A stretch of DNA of 64,000 bases from an uncultured Bifidobacterium sp. (lineage in GTDB: Bacteria > Actinomycetota > Acidimicrobiia > Acidimicrobiales > Ilumatobacteraceae), in the NCBI GenBank assembly GCA_964513215.1, contig CAZELU010000001.1, positions 27,773 to 91,772 on the forward strand, read 5' to 3'. The notes beneath the pieces were generated by a model that was not told where the DNA came from, ran no database searches, and saw nothing but the letters and a program-made list of their open reading frames with translations. Numbering within the stretch: position 1 is the first letter of the stretch; each line of letters begins with the position of its first letter. Below are positions 18,320 through 26,793 of this stretch, one piece after another. Position numbers and translations under genes: made by a program.

Positions 18320-19852
18320 GTGTTTCGTCATCTGGCCCGGGTCGCGACGCCGTCGGTGATCGCCGTCGGACTGTCGGTCGGGCTCGTCGTCGTCCCGGTG
18401 TCGCTCGACCCCGTGTCGGCCCAGACCCAGGTGTCCTCCACGGCCCTGCCTCGCCAGGGTGACCGTGGAAGCGCGGTCGTGAACCTCCAGAAAGCCCTGA
18501 TCAGCGCGGGTATCGCAGTCCCGGGCGGAGCCGACGGCATCTTTGGTCGCGGTACTGCCGGGGCCCTGGCCCAGTTCCAGCGATCAGCCGGCCTGAACCC
18601 CACCGGGGCCCTCGATCCCACCTCGGCCCATCTCCTGGGCCTGGCTCCCGCCCCAGCCCTGCCGGCTCGCGGCCAGCGGGGCGACGCGGTACGAACTCTT
18701 CAGAACGCCCTGGTGACGGCGGGAATCCCGGTTCGTGGCGGGGTGGACGGCATCTTCGGATCGGGCACCGCCGCCGCAGTCTCGGCCTTCCAAGCAGCCC
18801 GAGGCCTGACCGCGTCTGGCCTCGTCGACGTGCGGACGGCCATCGCCCTGGGTATCGCCCCCGGCGTCGCACCGGCCGCGTCGCCGTCACCGGCCCCCAC
18901 GACACCACCGGCGACGACCATGTCGCCATCCCCCTCCGCAGGACCCTCTCTCCCCAGCGTGGGTCAGCGCGGTGAACCCGTCGCGGTTCTGCAACGCGCA
19001 CTCATCGCAGCCGGACTGAACGTTCGCGGTGGTGCCGACGGCATCTTCGGCGCCGCCACCACGACCGCACTGCGCAGTTACCAAGAGCAGATGAAGGTTC
19101 CCGCCACGGGTGCCCTCGACGAAAACACCGCGCGTCTTCTCGGACTCCTCCCCGCTCCGGCCCTGCCGACCGTTGGTGAATCGAGCGACGGCGTTCGTCG
19201 TCTGCAACAGCGGCTCATCGAAGTCGGCATCCACGTCGCCGGCGGCGCCGACGGCGTGTTCGGCAAGGCCACGTCACGCGCGATCGCCGAATTCCAGAAG
19301 TCCCGTGGTCTCGCAACGACCGGAGTCGTCGATCTGCACACGTTCGTTCTGGTGACGACCACACCCAACAGCGCCACACCGTCACCCGACGCGGCTCCGA
19401 AGCAAGCCGCCATCACCCCGTCGGTGTTTCCGGTCCAAGGGCCGTGCTGGTTCGCCGATACGTGGAAGGCTCCCCGTCCGGGCGGTCGACGTCACCTGGG
19501 TGTCGACATCATCGCGCCCACCGGCAAAGCGGTGTACGCGGTCACCGACGGAACCATCACGCGACAGTTCCTCGATCGCCCCGGATCACTCGGCGGCAAC
19601 GCGCTGCGACTCACCGCGGCCGACGGCACGTACTTCCACTATGCGCATTTCTCGTCGTTCGCCGACGGCATCGCGGTCGGATCGGTGGTGAAGGCGGGCC
19701 AAGTGATCGGGTACGTGGGAAGCACCGGCAGCAGCTCGACCCCACATCTGCACTTCGAGTACCACCCTCACGGCACCGGCGCGGTGAATCCCTTCGCGGC
19801 CGTCAAGGCCATCGACGCGTGTCAGGTCACCGAGCTGCGAGCCGCTCCGTGA
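18320..19852 (+). CDS. Secreted M23 family metallopeptidase with four peptidoglycan-binding (PG_binding_1-like) repeats
   Basis: Signal peptide MFRHLARVATPSVIAVGLSVGLVVVPVSLDPVSAQ. Four ~66-aa repeats of the form LPxxGxRGxxVxxLQxAL...GGADGIFGxxT...FQ. The C-terminal M23 core reads HLGVDIIAPTGKAVYAVTDGTI...YFHYAHFSSF...GSTGSSSTPHLHFEYHP. Confidence 0.85.
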   Translation: MFRHLARVATPSVIAVGLSVGLVVVPVSLDPVSAQTQVSSTALPRQGDRGSAVVNLQKALISAGIAVPGGADGIFGRGTAGALAQFQRSAGLNPTGALDPTSAHLLGLAPAPALPARGQRGDAVRTLQNALVTAGIPVRGGVDGIFGSGTAAAVSAFQAARGLTASGLVDVRTAIALGIAPGVAPAASPSPAPTTPPATTMSPSPSAGPSLPSVGQRGEPVAVLQRALIAAGLNVRGGADGIFGAATTTALRSYQEQMKVPATGALDENTARLLGLLPAPALPTVGESSDGVRRLQQRLIEVGIHVAGGADGVFGKATSRAIAEFQKSRGLATTGVVDLHTFVLVTTTPNSATPSPDAAPKQAAITPSVFPVQGPCWFADTWKAPRPGGRRHLGVDIIAPTGKAVYAVTDGTITRQFLDRPGSLGGNALRLTAADGTYFHYAHFSSFADGIAVGSVVKAGQVIGYVGSTGSSSTPHLHFEYHPHGTGAVNPFAAVKAIDACQVTELRAAP

Positions 19853-20507
19853 TCCGCCGCTGAACGGCGTCGACCACGTCAGACACATCGAGATCGAGGT
19901 CGGTACCCAGACCACTCAACCGCTCGACCGTGACACTCGAATCGGCAACGACAGCCGCCATGGTTTTCGGCTCCCATCGCAACGACAACGCGCACTGGAA
20001 TCGAACCCATTCGCGCGTTCGCCGTTGGCTGATGCCCACCGCTTTCGATCGACCGATGAATACTTCGCCCGGCGCGCGGCCAGCGAAACAAACCAGCGGC
20101 GACAACTCGTTGTGCTCCATCGGACCCTCGTGAACAGTCACCAGGTCGGAGGTGTCTCCCACGCCGAGATCGAGCAAAGCGTCGCACCACGCACGACCCA
20201 ACCAGGCCGACGCGAGCGAAATGTCGTTCACCCAGAGCGGATGCGACGACGGCAGCAGCACGTCGAGCCACACCTCTCGGTCGTGACCCACGAGCACGAG
20301 CCCTCCCCCGCTGCGACGCGTGACGATGTCGAGATCGAGACGCTCGCACTCGGACCGATCGACGACATCGGCTGACTGAGCCGATCCGAGCACGATCGCG
20401 CCGCGCGACGACGTGAACCACCACAGATGAGGTCGCTCGTCGTGAGGCAGTTCGCGGGCGTGATGATCGGCCGGTGAGCCGCCGATCACGTGATCGACGA
20501 TGATCAT
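19827..20507 (-). CDS. Biotin/lipoate A/B protein ligase family protein (LplA-like catalytic domain only)
   Basis: VTRRSGGGLVLV resembles the RRxSGGG motif and GRSKAVGISQRR resembles the lysine motif of LplA-type enzymes. ATGA overlap with the HNH gene stop. No C-terminal accessory domain. Confidence 0.6.
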   Translation of the reverse strand: MIIVDHVIGGSPADHHARELPHDERPHLWWFTSSRGAIVLGSAQSADVVDRSECERLDLDIVTRRSGGGLVLVGHDREVWLDVLLPSSHPLWVNDISLASAWLGRAWCDALLDLGVGDTSDLVTVHEGPMEHNELSPLVCFAGRAPGEVFIGRSKAVGISQRRTREWVRFQCALSLRWEPKTMAAVVADSSVTVERLSGLGTDLDLDVSDVVDAVQRRITERLAAR

Positions 20508-20998
20508 GCGACGTTCAGGTACGGCTTCCAGGCTTCGGGAACGCGCCCCACCGACACGGCCACCCAGGCCAATTCGCGCGGTGCGTGCGGCGGCCGAGCC
20601 AACTTCATCCCGGCCTCGTCGGGCGTGCGATCACGCTTGTCGAGATTGCAGCGCCGACAGGCGGCCGCAACGTTCTCCCAAATGTGCAAACCGCCGCGCG
20701 AACGCGGCATCACGTGGTCGATCGAATCGGCGAATCCGCCGCAGTACTGACAACGATGGTCGTCGCGCGCGAAGACCGCACGGCGTGAGAGCGACGTGCG
20801 CCGGTGGTACGGGACTTTCACGACGTAACGCAGCCGGATGACGAGCGGAGTCGGCACGGCCATGGACGCCGATCGAAGGACCGTCCCGTCGTCCTCGACG
20901 ACATCGGCTTTGTCGAGCAAGACCAAGCAGGCGGCCCGACGGGTGGGAACGACGCTGAGCGGCTCGTACGTCGCATTGAGGACGAGCGCGCTCCTCAT
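20504..20998 (-). CDS. HNH endonuclease family protein
   Basis: DDHRCQYCGGFADSIDHVMPRSRGGLHIWENVAAACRRCNLDKRDR gives an HNH beta-beta-alpha-metal finger with a CxxC...CxxC zinc site. Confidence 0.8.
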   Translation of the reverse strand: MRSALVLNATYEPLSVVPTRRAACLVLLDKADVVEDDGTVLRSASMAVPTPLVIRLRYVVKVPYHRRTSLSRRAVFARDDHRCQYCGGFADSIDHVMPRSRGGLHIWENVAAACRRCNLDKRDRTPDEAGMKLARPPHAPRELAWVAVSVGRVPEAWKPYLNVA

Positions 20999-21028
20999 GT
21001 CAGTCCGGCCGTCGCCTGACGGCGACCC

Positions 21029-21268
21029 TCAGCCCCACTCGCGAACCCATCGCAGATATTTCAGCACATCTTCCGGGGCGAAGTGCGTCGTTTCGTTGCC
21101 GTAGTACGTCTCGAGACGGAACCGGAGATAGGCCCGCGACGGCAGCGGCAGATAGGGCCGTGCGCTCCACCACCGAACGGGGATCAGACGACGGGCCACC
21201 CGCAACGCGGTGGGCCACAACGATGGACGGGACAGGATCGCCGCGATGATGCGCAGGCGATCGCGCAC
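21029..21268 (-). CDS. Hypothetical small W/R-rich protein (79 aa)
   Basis: It fills the only space between the acyl-CoA dehydrogenase stop (21270) and the HNH gene. Third-position GC is high. I recognise no motif. Sequence: MRDRLRIIAAILSRPSLWPTALRVARRLIPVRWW...YLRFRLETYYG...VLKYLRWVREWG. Confidence 0.45.
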   Translation of the reverse strand: MRDRLRIIAAILSRPSLWPTALRVARRLIPVRWWSARPYLPLPSRAYLRFRLETYYGNETTHFAPEDVLKYLRWVREWG

Positions 21269-21269
21269 G

Positions 21270-22484
21270 TCAGCGCGGTTCCTTGGGCAGGCCGAGCACC
21301 ATCTCGCCGATGATGTTCGACTGGATCTGCGACGAACCGGCGTAGATGGTTCCGGCCCGTGCGTTCAGGAACGTGCCGCCCCAACTGGCCGACGTGTTGG
21401 GCGCCGAGCGATCGTCGGGCTGGAACGCGTTACCGGGCATCCGGCCCTCGAGCAGCATTCCGGAAGCACCCAAGATGTCGACTCCGAGCTCGGTGACGGT
21501 CTGGTGGTATTCGCTCCAGTACCGCTTGAAGATTCCACCTTCCGGGCCGGGGTGATGGCCGTTCAGGAACTGCGTGAGCGTGCGCAATCCGAGATAACGC
21601 ATGATCTGCACTTTGGAGTACGCGTGAGCGATGCGCTGGCGAATACGCGGATCGTCAGCGACTCCGTGCTCGCGGGCCAACATCAACAAGCGATCGACCT
21701 CGGCCTGGAAGCGCACCGGAGTAGTGGCCGCACCTTCGCCGCGCTCGTAGCCGAGCAGTGTCATGGCCACGGCCCAACCGTTGTTGAGTCCGCCAACCAC
21801 ACTGTCCTTCGGACACACCGCGTCGGTGTAGAACACCTCGTTGAACTCGCTCTCGCCGCTGATCATCTTGATCGGACGAACTTCGATACCTGGCTGGCGC
21901 ATGTCGACCAACAGGAACGAAATGCCCTTGTGCTTGGGAGCGTCGGGATCGGTGCGCGCCAAGGTGAAGATGTGATCGGCCAGATGGCCGGCCGACGTCC
22001 AGATCTTCTGGCCGTTCAGAATCCACTGATCGCCGTCGAGAGTGGCCTTCAGACCAAGACCACCCAGGTCGCTGCCGGCGTTGGGCTCGCTGTAGCCCTG
22101 ACACCACACGTCGTCACCCGACAGGATGCGTGGCAAGTAGTGCTTCTTCTGTTCTTCGGTTCCCCACTGCAGGATGGTGTTGCCGAGCATGACGATGCCG
22201 AACACATCGTTGGGTCCGCCCGTCGGAACTCCGGCCTTGGCGAACTCCTCGGCCAAGATCACTTGCTCGAGCGCCGAGAGTCCACCACCGCCGTAGGCGA
22301 CCGGCCACCCGGGAGCGAGAAATCCCTCGGCGAACAACTGCTTGCGCCACTGCGTGGTGAAGTCGCGCATCTCGTCATGGGACATGCGACCCAGACCGGG
22401 GAAGTCGGCCGGTAGGGCCGATCGGAGAAACGACACCACGCGGGCGCGGAACGTGTCGGCTTCGGGAGAGTACGTGGGATTCAC
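21270..22484 (-). CDS. Acyl-CoA dehydrogenase family protein
   Basis: 404 aa with GYSEPNAGSDLGGL, KIWTSAGHLADHIFTLARTD and the C-terminal IYAGSSQIQSNIIGE, typical of the ACAD fold. Confidence 0.9.
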   Translation of the reverse strand: MNPTYSPEADTFRARVVSFLRSALPADFPGLGRMSHDEMRDFTTQWRKQLFAEGFLAPGWPVAYGGGGLSALEQVILAEEFAKAGVPTGGPNDVFGIVMLGNTILQWGTEEQKKHYLPRILSGDDVWCQGYSEPNAGSDLGGLGLKATLDGDQWILNGQKIWTSAGHLADHIFTLARTDPDAPKHKGISFLLVDMRQPGIEVRPIKMISGESEFNEVFYTDAVCPKDSVVGGLNNGWAVAMTLLGYERGEGAATTPVRFQAEVDRLLMLAREHGVADDPRIRQRIAHAYSKVQIMRYLGLRTLTQFLNGHHPGPEGGIFKRYWSEYHQTVTELGVDILGASGMLLEGRMPGNAFQPDDRSAPNTSASWGGTFLNARAGTIYAGSSQIQSNIIGEMVLGLPKEPR

Positions 22485-23332
22485 GACGCCGAACCTAGTG
22501 CAAGTGCCGCCGCACCGATCAGACCCGCGCGCTCACCGAGCCGTGACATCTCGATCGGCATACCGACAGCGAAGCCGAGACGGGCCCGTTCGGCGTACTC
22601 GCGCCGCGCGGCGTCGATGAACGGGTCGCCCCATCCGAGCGCCACGCCCCCACCGATCACCGCCATGTCGATGCTCGTCAGCGCCACCACCGACGCCAGC
22701 GCTCGGCCCAGCAATCGACCGTTGCGTTCGATGAGGGCACCGGCTGCCGAGCGCGGACTGCTGCCCGTCTCGTCGGCGACGTTGCGACCCGCGAGATACG
22801 CCTCGAGACAGCCGAGCGCGCCGCACCGACATTCCTTGCCGCCCGGCTCGACCACGACGTGACCGATGTGGCCCGCGTTGCGAGAGTCGCCATGAGCGAG
22901 TCGTCCGTTCACGACCAGCCCGGCCCCGACCCCTGTCCCGATGATCACACCGAGGTAGTTGCGGTGCCCACTGGCGGCGCCGCGCCAACCTTCGGCGAGC
23001 GCGAACGTCTTCGCGTCGTTGTCGACCGACACGGGTAAACCGGTGAGTTCGACCATCGCCTCGCGAAGCGGAAAGTTGCGCCAGGTGGGAATGTGGAGAG
23101 GTGAGACTCCGTGGTCGTCCATCGGTCCACCACATCCGACACCGACTGCGGTGAGTCGAACATCGGGCGCCGCGGCAAGAACCCGCGAAACAACTCGCGC
23201 GATCGACGGCCAAGGATCGCGCGTGGGAGTTGCGATGCGATCGCGTACGACTACCGATGCATCGGGAAGAACGATTCCGACTGCGGTCTTGGTTCCGCCG
23301 ATGTCGACGGCAAGCACGCCGTCGAGAGTCAT
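22481..23332 (-). CDS. ROK family protein (sugar kinase or regulator-less ROK)
   Basis: Contains LAVDIGGTKTAVGIV and the ROK zinc motif CRCGALGCLEAY. Confidence 0.85.
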   Translation of the reverse strand: MTLDGVLAVDIGGTKTAVGIVLPDASVVVRDRIATPTRDPWPSIARVVSRVLAAAPDVRLTAVGVGCGGPMDDHGVSPLHIPTWRNFPLREAMVELTGLPVSVDNDAKTFALAEGWRGAASGHRNYLGVIIGTGVGAGLVVNGRLAHGDSRNAGHIGHVVVEPGGKECRCGALGCLEAYLAGRNVADETGSSPRSAAGALIERNGRLLGRALASVVALTSIDMAVIGGGVALGWGDPFIDAARREYAERARLGFAVGMPIEMSRLGERAGLIGAAALALGSAS

Positions 23333-23345
23333 ACGCGACCTCGGT

Positions 23346-23690
23346 TCAGTCGAACTTGCGCGTGACGTCGGCGCGAACCTTGCGGATCGCTCCTGCGACG
23401 TCCTGGATACCGGCCTTGCCGATCGCGCGCGCGTTGCGCTCGATGATCGCGAGAAGCGCCAGCATCACCACGAACACGGCGAACGCGGCGATGAAGTGCA
23501 CCCGAAGCGCGAACACGAGTGCCGCGACCGACACCACCAGGCCGACGATCGCCCATCGGACCAACTTGGCCGAATGGCGATACAAGCCCGCGGGCGACAC
23601 GGCTTGCGCGAACTTCTCGTCGTTCTGTAGCTCCTGCTCGATCTGGCGCAGGATTCGCTGTTCGTCATCGGACAAAGCCATCGCCGACAT
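23346..23690 (-). CDS. DUF3040 domain membrane protein
   Basis: M(SAM)ALSDDEQRILRQIEQELQNDEKF followed by two hydrophobic helices. The start is either ATG 23690 or ATG 23681. The longer ORF N-terminus overlaps dinB. Confidence 0.7.
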   Translation of the reverse strand: MSAMALSDDEQRILRQIEQELQNDEKFAQAVSPAGLYRHSAKLVRWAIVGLVVSVAALVFALRVHFIAAFAVFVVMLALLAIIERNARAIGKAGIQDVAGAIRKVRADVTRKFD

Positions 23691-23748
23691 TGTCCCAGAT
23701 GGCGAGCGGTTCGGCAACGCGCCCCTGCGGCTTCTCGAATTGTGTCGT

Positions 23749-24951
23749 TCAACCCCAGGGCCGGCGCACCCGCCGACGACCGAGGCTGCGAGCCGGGCTG
23801 ATGGCGTCGTGACCGAACCGATCGCGAATCTCGTCGACGGCGCGACTGGCCGGACCCCAGGAATCATCCTCGAGAAGGGACAATTGCTCGACTGGCGCGC
23901 AAAGATTGGACGCTGACACGCCGACCAAACGAACGCCCGAACTCGGGTCGATCGATCGCAATGCCGCGTCGAGCACTCCGACGATCACCGGACCGGCCGA
24001 CACCGGGGTGTCGACCGTCACCGACCGCGTGATGGTCTCGAACGTGGTGAATCGAATCTTCAGGGTGACCGTCCGGGCCGCCAACTCGTGCGAACGAAGA
24101 CGTGATCCGACCAGATCGGCCAGACGAACCATCTCGGCGAGGATCTCGTCGTGGGTCACGAGGTCGGTCGAGAACGTCTCTTCCTGCCCGATCGACTTCG
24201 CGTCACGATGCGGCTCGACCGGACGCGTGTCGTGAGCCGAAGCCAATTCGGCGAGGTGCCGACCGTGAGCCGTGCCGACGGCGCGTTCGAGGACATCGAT
24301 CGGGAGCGCGGCGAGGTCGGCCACCGTGCGAACACCGAGACGTTCGAGTTTGGTCAAGGTGGCCGGACCCACCCCCCACAACGCCGACACCGGAAGTGGG
24401 TGAACGAATTCGATCTCGCGTCCGGGTTCGACGACGAGAACTCCGGGCCCGGGCAAGACACCGTTGGGCGTGGGACGGGGCTTGGCAGCTTTCGACGCCA
24501 ATTTGGCCACGAACTTGTTGGTCGCCACGCCCACCGACGACGGCAGATCGAGTTCGTCGGCGATGCGTTGTCGGATCAAGGCTCCAATGGTGGCGCCGTC
24601 TCCGAAGAGTCGACGCGATCCGGTCACGTCGAGAAATGCTTCGTCCAGTGCGATCGGCTCGACGAGTGGCGTGATGTCGTGGAAGATCGCGTGGACCTGC
24701 GCGCTCACGTCCGAATAGTGAGCGTGATCACCGGGCAGAAAGACGGCCTGCGGACAACGTTGGCGCGCGGTGGCTCCGGGCATGGCCGAGAACACTCCGA
24801 AACGACGAGCTTCGTAGTTGGCCGCCGCCACCACTCCGCGGCGACCCGAACCTCCGACCACCACCGGTTTCCCGGCCAGCTCGGGATGCCGTCGCATCTC
24901 CACCGACACGTAGAACGCGTCCATGTCGACGTGCAGGATCGTGCGCGTCAT
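23749..24951 (-). CDS. dinB: DNA polymerase IV (Y-family)
   Basis: Starts MTRTILHVDMDAFYVSVEMRRHPELAGKPVVVGG and also contains SIDEAFLDV-like IALDEAFLDVTG. Confidence 0.92.
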   Translation of the reverse strand: MTRTILHVDMDAFYVSVEMRRHPELAGKPVVVGGSGRRGVVAAANYEARRFGVFSAMPGATARQRCPQAVFLPGDHAHYSDVSAQVHAIFHDITPLVEPIALDEAFLDVTGSRRLFGDGATIGALIRQRIADELDLPSSVGVATNKFVAKLASKAAKPRPTPNGVLPGPGVLVVEPGREIEFVHPLPVSALWGVGPATLTKLERLGVRTVADLAALPIDVLERAVGTAHGRHLAELASAHDTRPVEPHRDAKSIGQEETFSTDLVTHDEILAEMVRLADLVGSRLRSHELAARTVTLKIRFTTFETITRSVTVDTPVSAGPVIVGVLDAALRSIDPSSGVRLVGVSASNLCAPVEQLSLLEDDSWGPASRAVDEIRDRFGHDAISPARSLGRRRVRRPWG

Positions 24952-25673
24952 AGACGGCGGCGATGTCCCCGGCGCCAGTCGCTCCAGGCGAGTTTCAGCA
25001 CGAGACGAAACGCTTCGCCGATGATTCGGTAGGTGAGCTTCGATTCACCCGCAGTTCGATCGGGAAACACGATGGGGATCTCCACCACTCGTGCTCCACA
25101 GCGCACCAGACGATGCGTCATCTCGACTTGGAATCCGTAACCCTCGGCGACGACCGTGGCGAAGTCCATGCGCGTGAGGGCCGACGCCGAGTACGCGCGA
25201 AATCCTGATGTCGCATCGTTGACCGCGAGTCCCAACATGCCAGCGGCGTAGCGATTGCCCCAACGCGACAGGAATTGGCGGAGTCGCGGCCAGTCGACGC
25301 ACGCGCCACCCGGTACGTAGCGACTTCCGATCGCAGCATCGGCCCCGCGCTCGACCACCGACACCAGCTCGGGCAGATAGCGCGGGTCGTGGGACAAGTC
25401 GGCGTCCATCTGCACGCAGATCGATGCACCGCGCTCGAGCGCGACCGCGAAGCCGGCCCGATACGCGGCACCGAGGCCGTTCTTACCGGGACGCCGCAGA
25501 ACCGTGGCCCGGGGGTCGCCCAGACGCTCGACGGCGTCGGCCGTCCCGTCCGGACTCGCATCATCGACCACCACGACCTGTGCGTCCGGAAGCGCGGCGA
25601 GAACACCGGTGACCAAGCGCGTGACGTTGTCCACTTCGTTGAAAGTCGGAACGACGACGAAGGTGGTGGCCAC
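24948..25673 (-). CDS. ppm1: Polyprenol-phosphate mannosyltransferase (GT2, Ppm1/Dpm1-like)
   Basis: Motifs VVPTFNE, VVVVDDASPDGT and QMDADLSHDP. GTG start at 25673. It is a stand-alone catalytic domain. Confidence 0.85.
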   Translation of the reverse strand: MATTFVVVPTFNEVDNVTRLVTGVLAALPDAQVVVVDDASPDGTADAVERLGDPRATVLRRPGKNGLGAAYRAGFAVALERGASICVQMDADLSHDPRYLPELVSVVERGADAAIGSRYVPGGACVDWPRLRQFLSRWGNRYAAGMLGLAVNDATSGFRAYSASALTRMDFATVVAEGYGFQVEMTHRLVRCGARVVEIPIVFPDRTAGESKLTYRIIGEAFRLVLKLAWSDWRRGHRRRL

Positions 25674-25695
25674 GGACCGAGCCTACGATGCGTGC

Positions 25696-25956
25696 GTGAC
25701 CGACGAACGCCCTCTCTCGGCTCTGCCCTCCCCGGTCGCTCGAGCGCTGGCCTTCGTCTCGATCCTGATCGGCGGACTCGCGGGCGGAGTGATCGGCTAC
25801 GCGCTCGTCGACATCCAGTACTCGGGCGACGCGACCTGGCCTCTCGGTCTCGGGATCGTGGTCGGTGCGGTTGTCACTGCCGGCGGCACCGCCATCGTTG
25901 CCGTGTTGGTGCTGCGCGCACTCGGCGAGTGGCGCGACATCAACGACCGTCGATGA
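25696..25956 (+). CDS. Hypothetical small membrane protein (86 aa, 2 TM)
   Basis: In-frame GTG at 25696 within ORF 25504..25956. Helices ALAFVSILIGGLAGGVIGYALV and LGLGIVVGAVVTAGGTAIVAVLVL. Its stop overlaps the IMPase ATG (ATGA). Confidence 0.45.
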   Translation: MTDERPLSALPSPVARALAFVSILIGGLAGGVIGYALVDIQYSGDATWPLGLGIVVGAVVTAGGTAIVAVLVLRALGEWRDINDRR

Positions 25957-26768
25957 TCGAGATCGAACTCATGAACATCGCCGCGGGCATGGCGCGGCGA
26001 GCCGGCGACCTCGCGTTCGTCGGCCGAGCGACACTCGACCGCACGAACGACGTGGACACCAAATCGTCCGCGACCGACATGGTCACGCGTTGGGACTCGG
26101 CCAGCGAACGTTTCATCGTCGCCGACCTCGAGACCCGTCGACCCGACGACGGGATCATCGGTGAAGAAGGTGCGTCGAAAGAATCGCGATCGGGTGTCTC
26201 GTGGCTGGTCGACCCGATCGACGGCACCACCAACTTCCTCTACGGGTTGGCAGGCTGGGCGGTGTCGATCGCCGCGGTCGACGACACCGACACGCCCGAA
26301 GGCACACTCGCGGGAGCGGTCTACCTCCCGGCCACTCGCGAACTGTTCGTCGCGGCGCGTGGGCACGGGGCCTGGCTCGGGGGACGTCGCCTACGGTGTT
26401 CGTCGAACGACGACATGGCCACTGCGCTCGTCGGCACCGGTTTCTCGTACTCGTCCGATCGTCGCGCGCGACAGGGTGACCGTGTCGCTCGGCTGCTCCC
26501 CCGTGTTCGCGACATCCGACGCACCGGCGCGGCGGCACCCGACCTCTGCTACGTCGCCGACGGTCGGCTCGACGCGTACTTCGAGGAGGGTCTCCAGGCG
26601 TGGGATCTGGCCGCCGGACTCCTCATCGCCACCGAGGCTGGCGCCCGCGCGTCCGACTTCAACGGTGGCTCACCGGTGCCGAGCAACGTTCTCGTGGCAG
26701 CACCCGATCTTCACGCCCACTTGCTCGAATTCATCGGACCGTCACCGACTGAGCGTGCCGTTTCGTGA
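25953..26768 (+). CDS. Inositol monophosphatase family protein (SuhB/ImpA/HisN-like)
   Basis: ORF 25275..26768 trimmed to ATG 25953, because the upstream part is antisense to ppm1. Motifs WLVDPIDGTTNF and GAAAPDLCYVADGRLDAYFE. Confidence 0.88.
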   Translation: MIEIELMNIAAGMARRAGDLAFVGRATLDRTNDVDTKSSATDMVTRWDSASERFIVADLETRRPDDGIIGEEGASKESRSGVSWLVDPIDGTTNFLYGLAGWAVSIAAVDDTDTPEGTLAGAVYLPATRELFVAARGHGAWLGGRRLRCSSNDDMATALVGTGFSYSSDRRARQGDRVARLLPRVRDIRRTGAAAPDLCYVADGRLDAYFEEGLQAWDLAAGLLIATEAGARASDFNGGSPVPSNVLVAAPDLHAHLLEFIGPSPTERAVS

Positions 26769-26793
26769 CGACATCACGACATAACATGACCTC

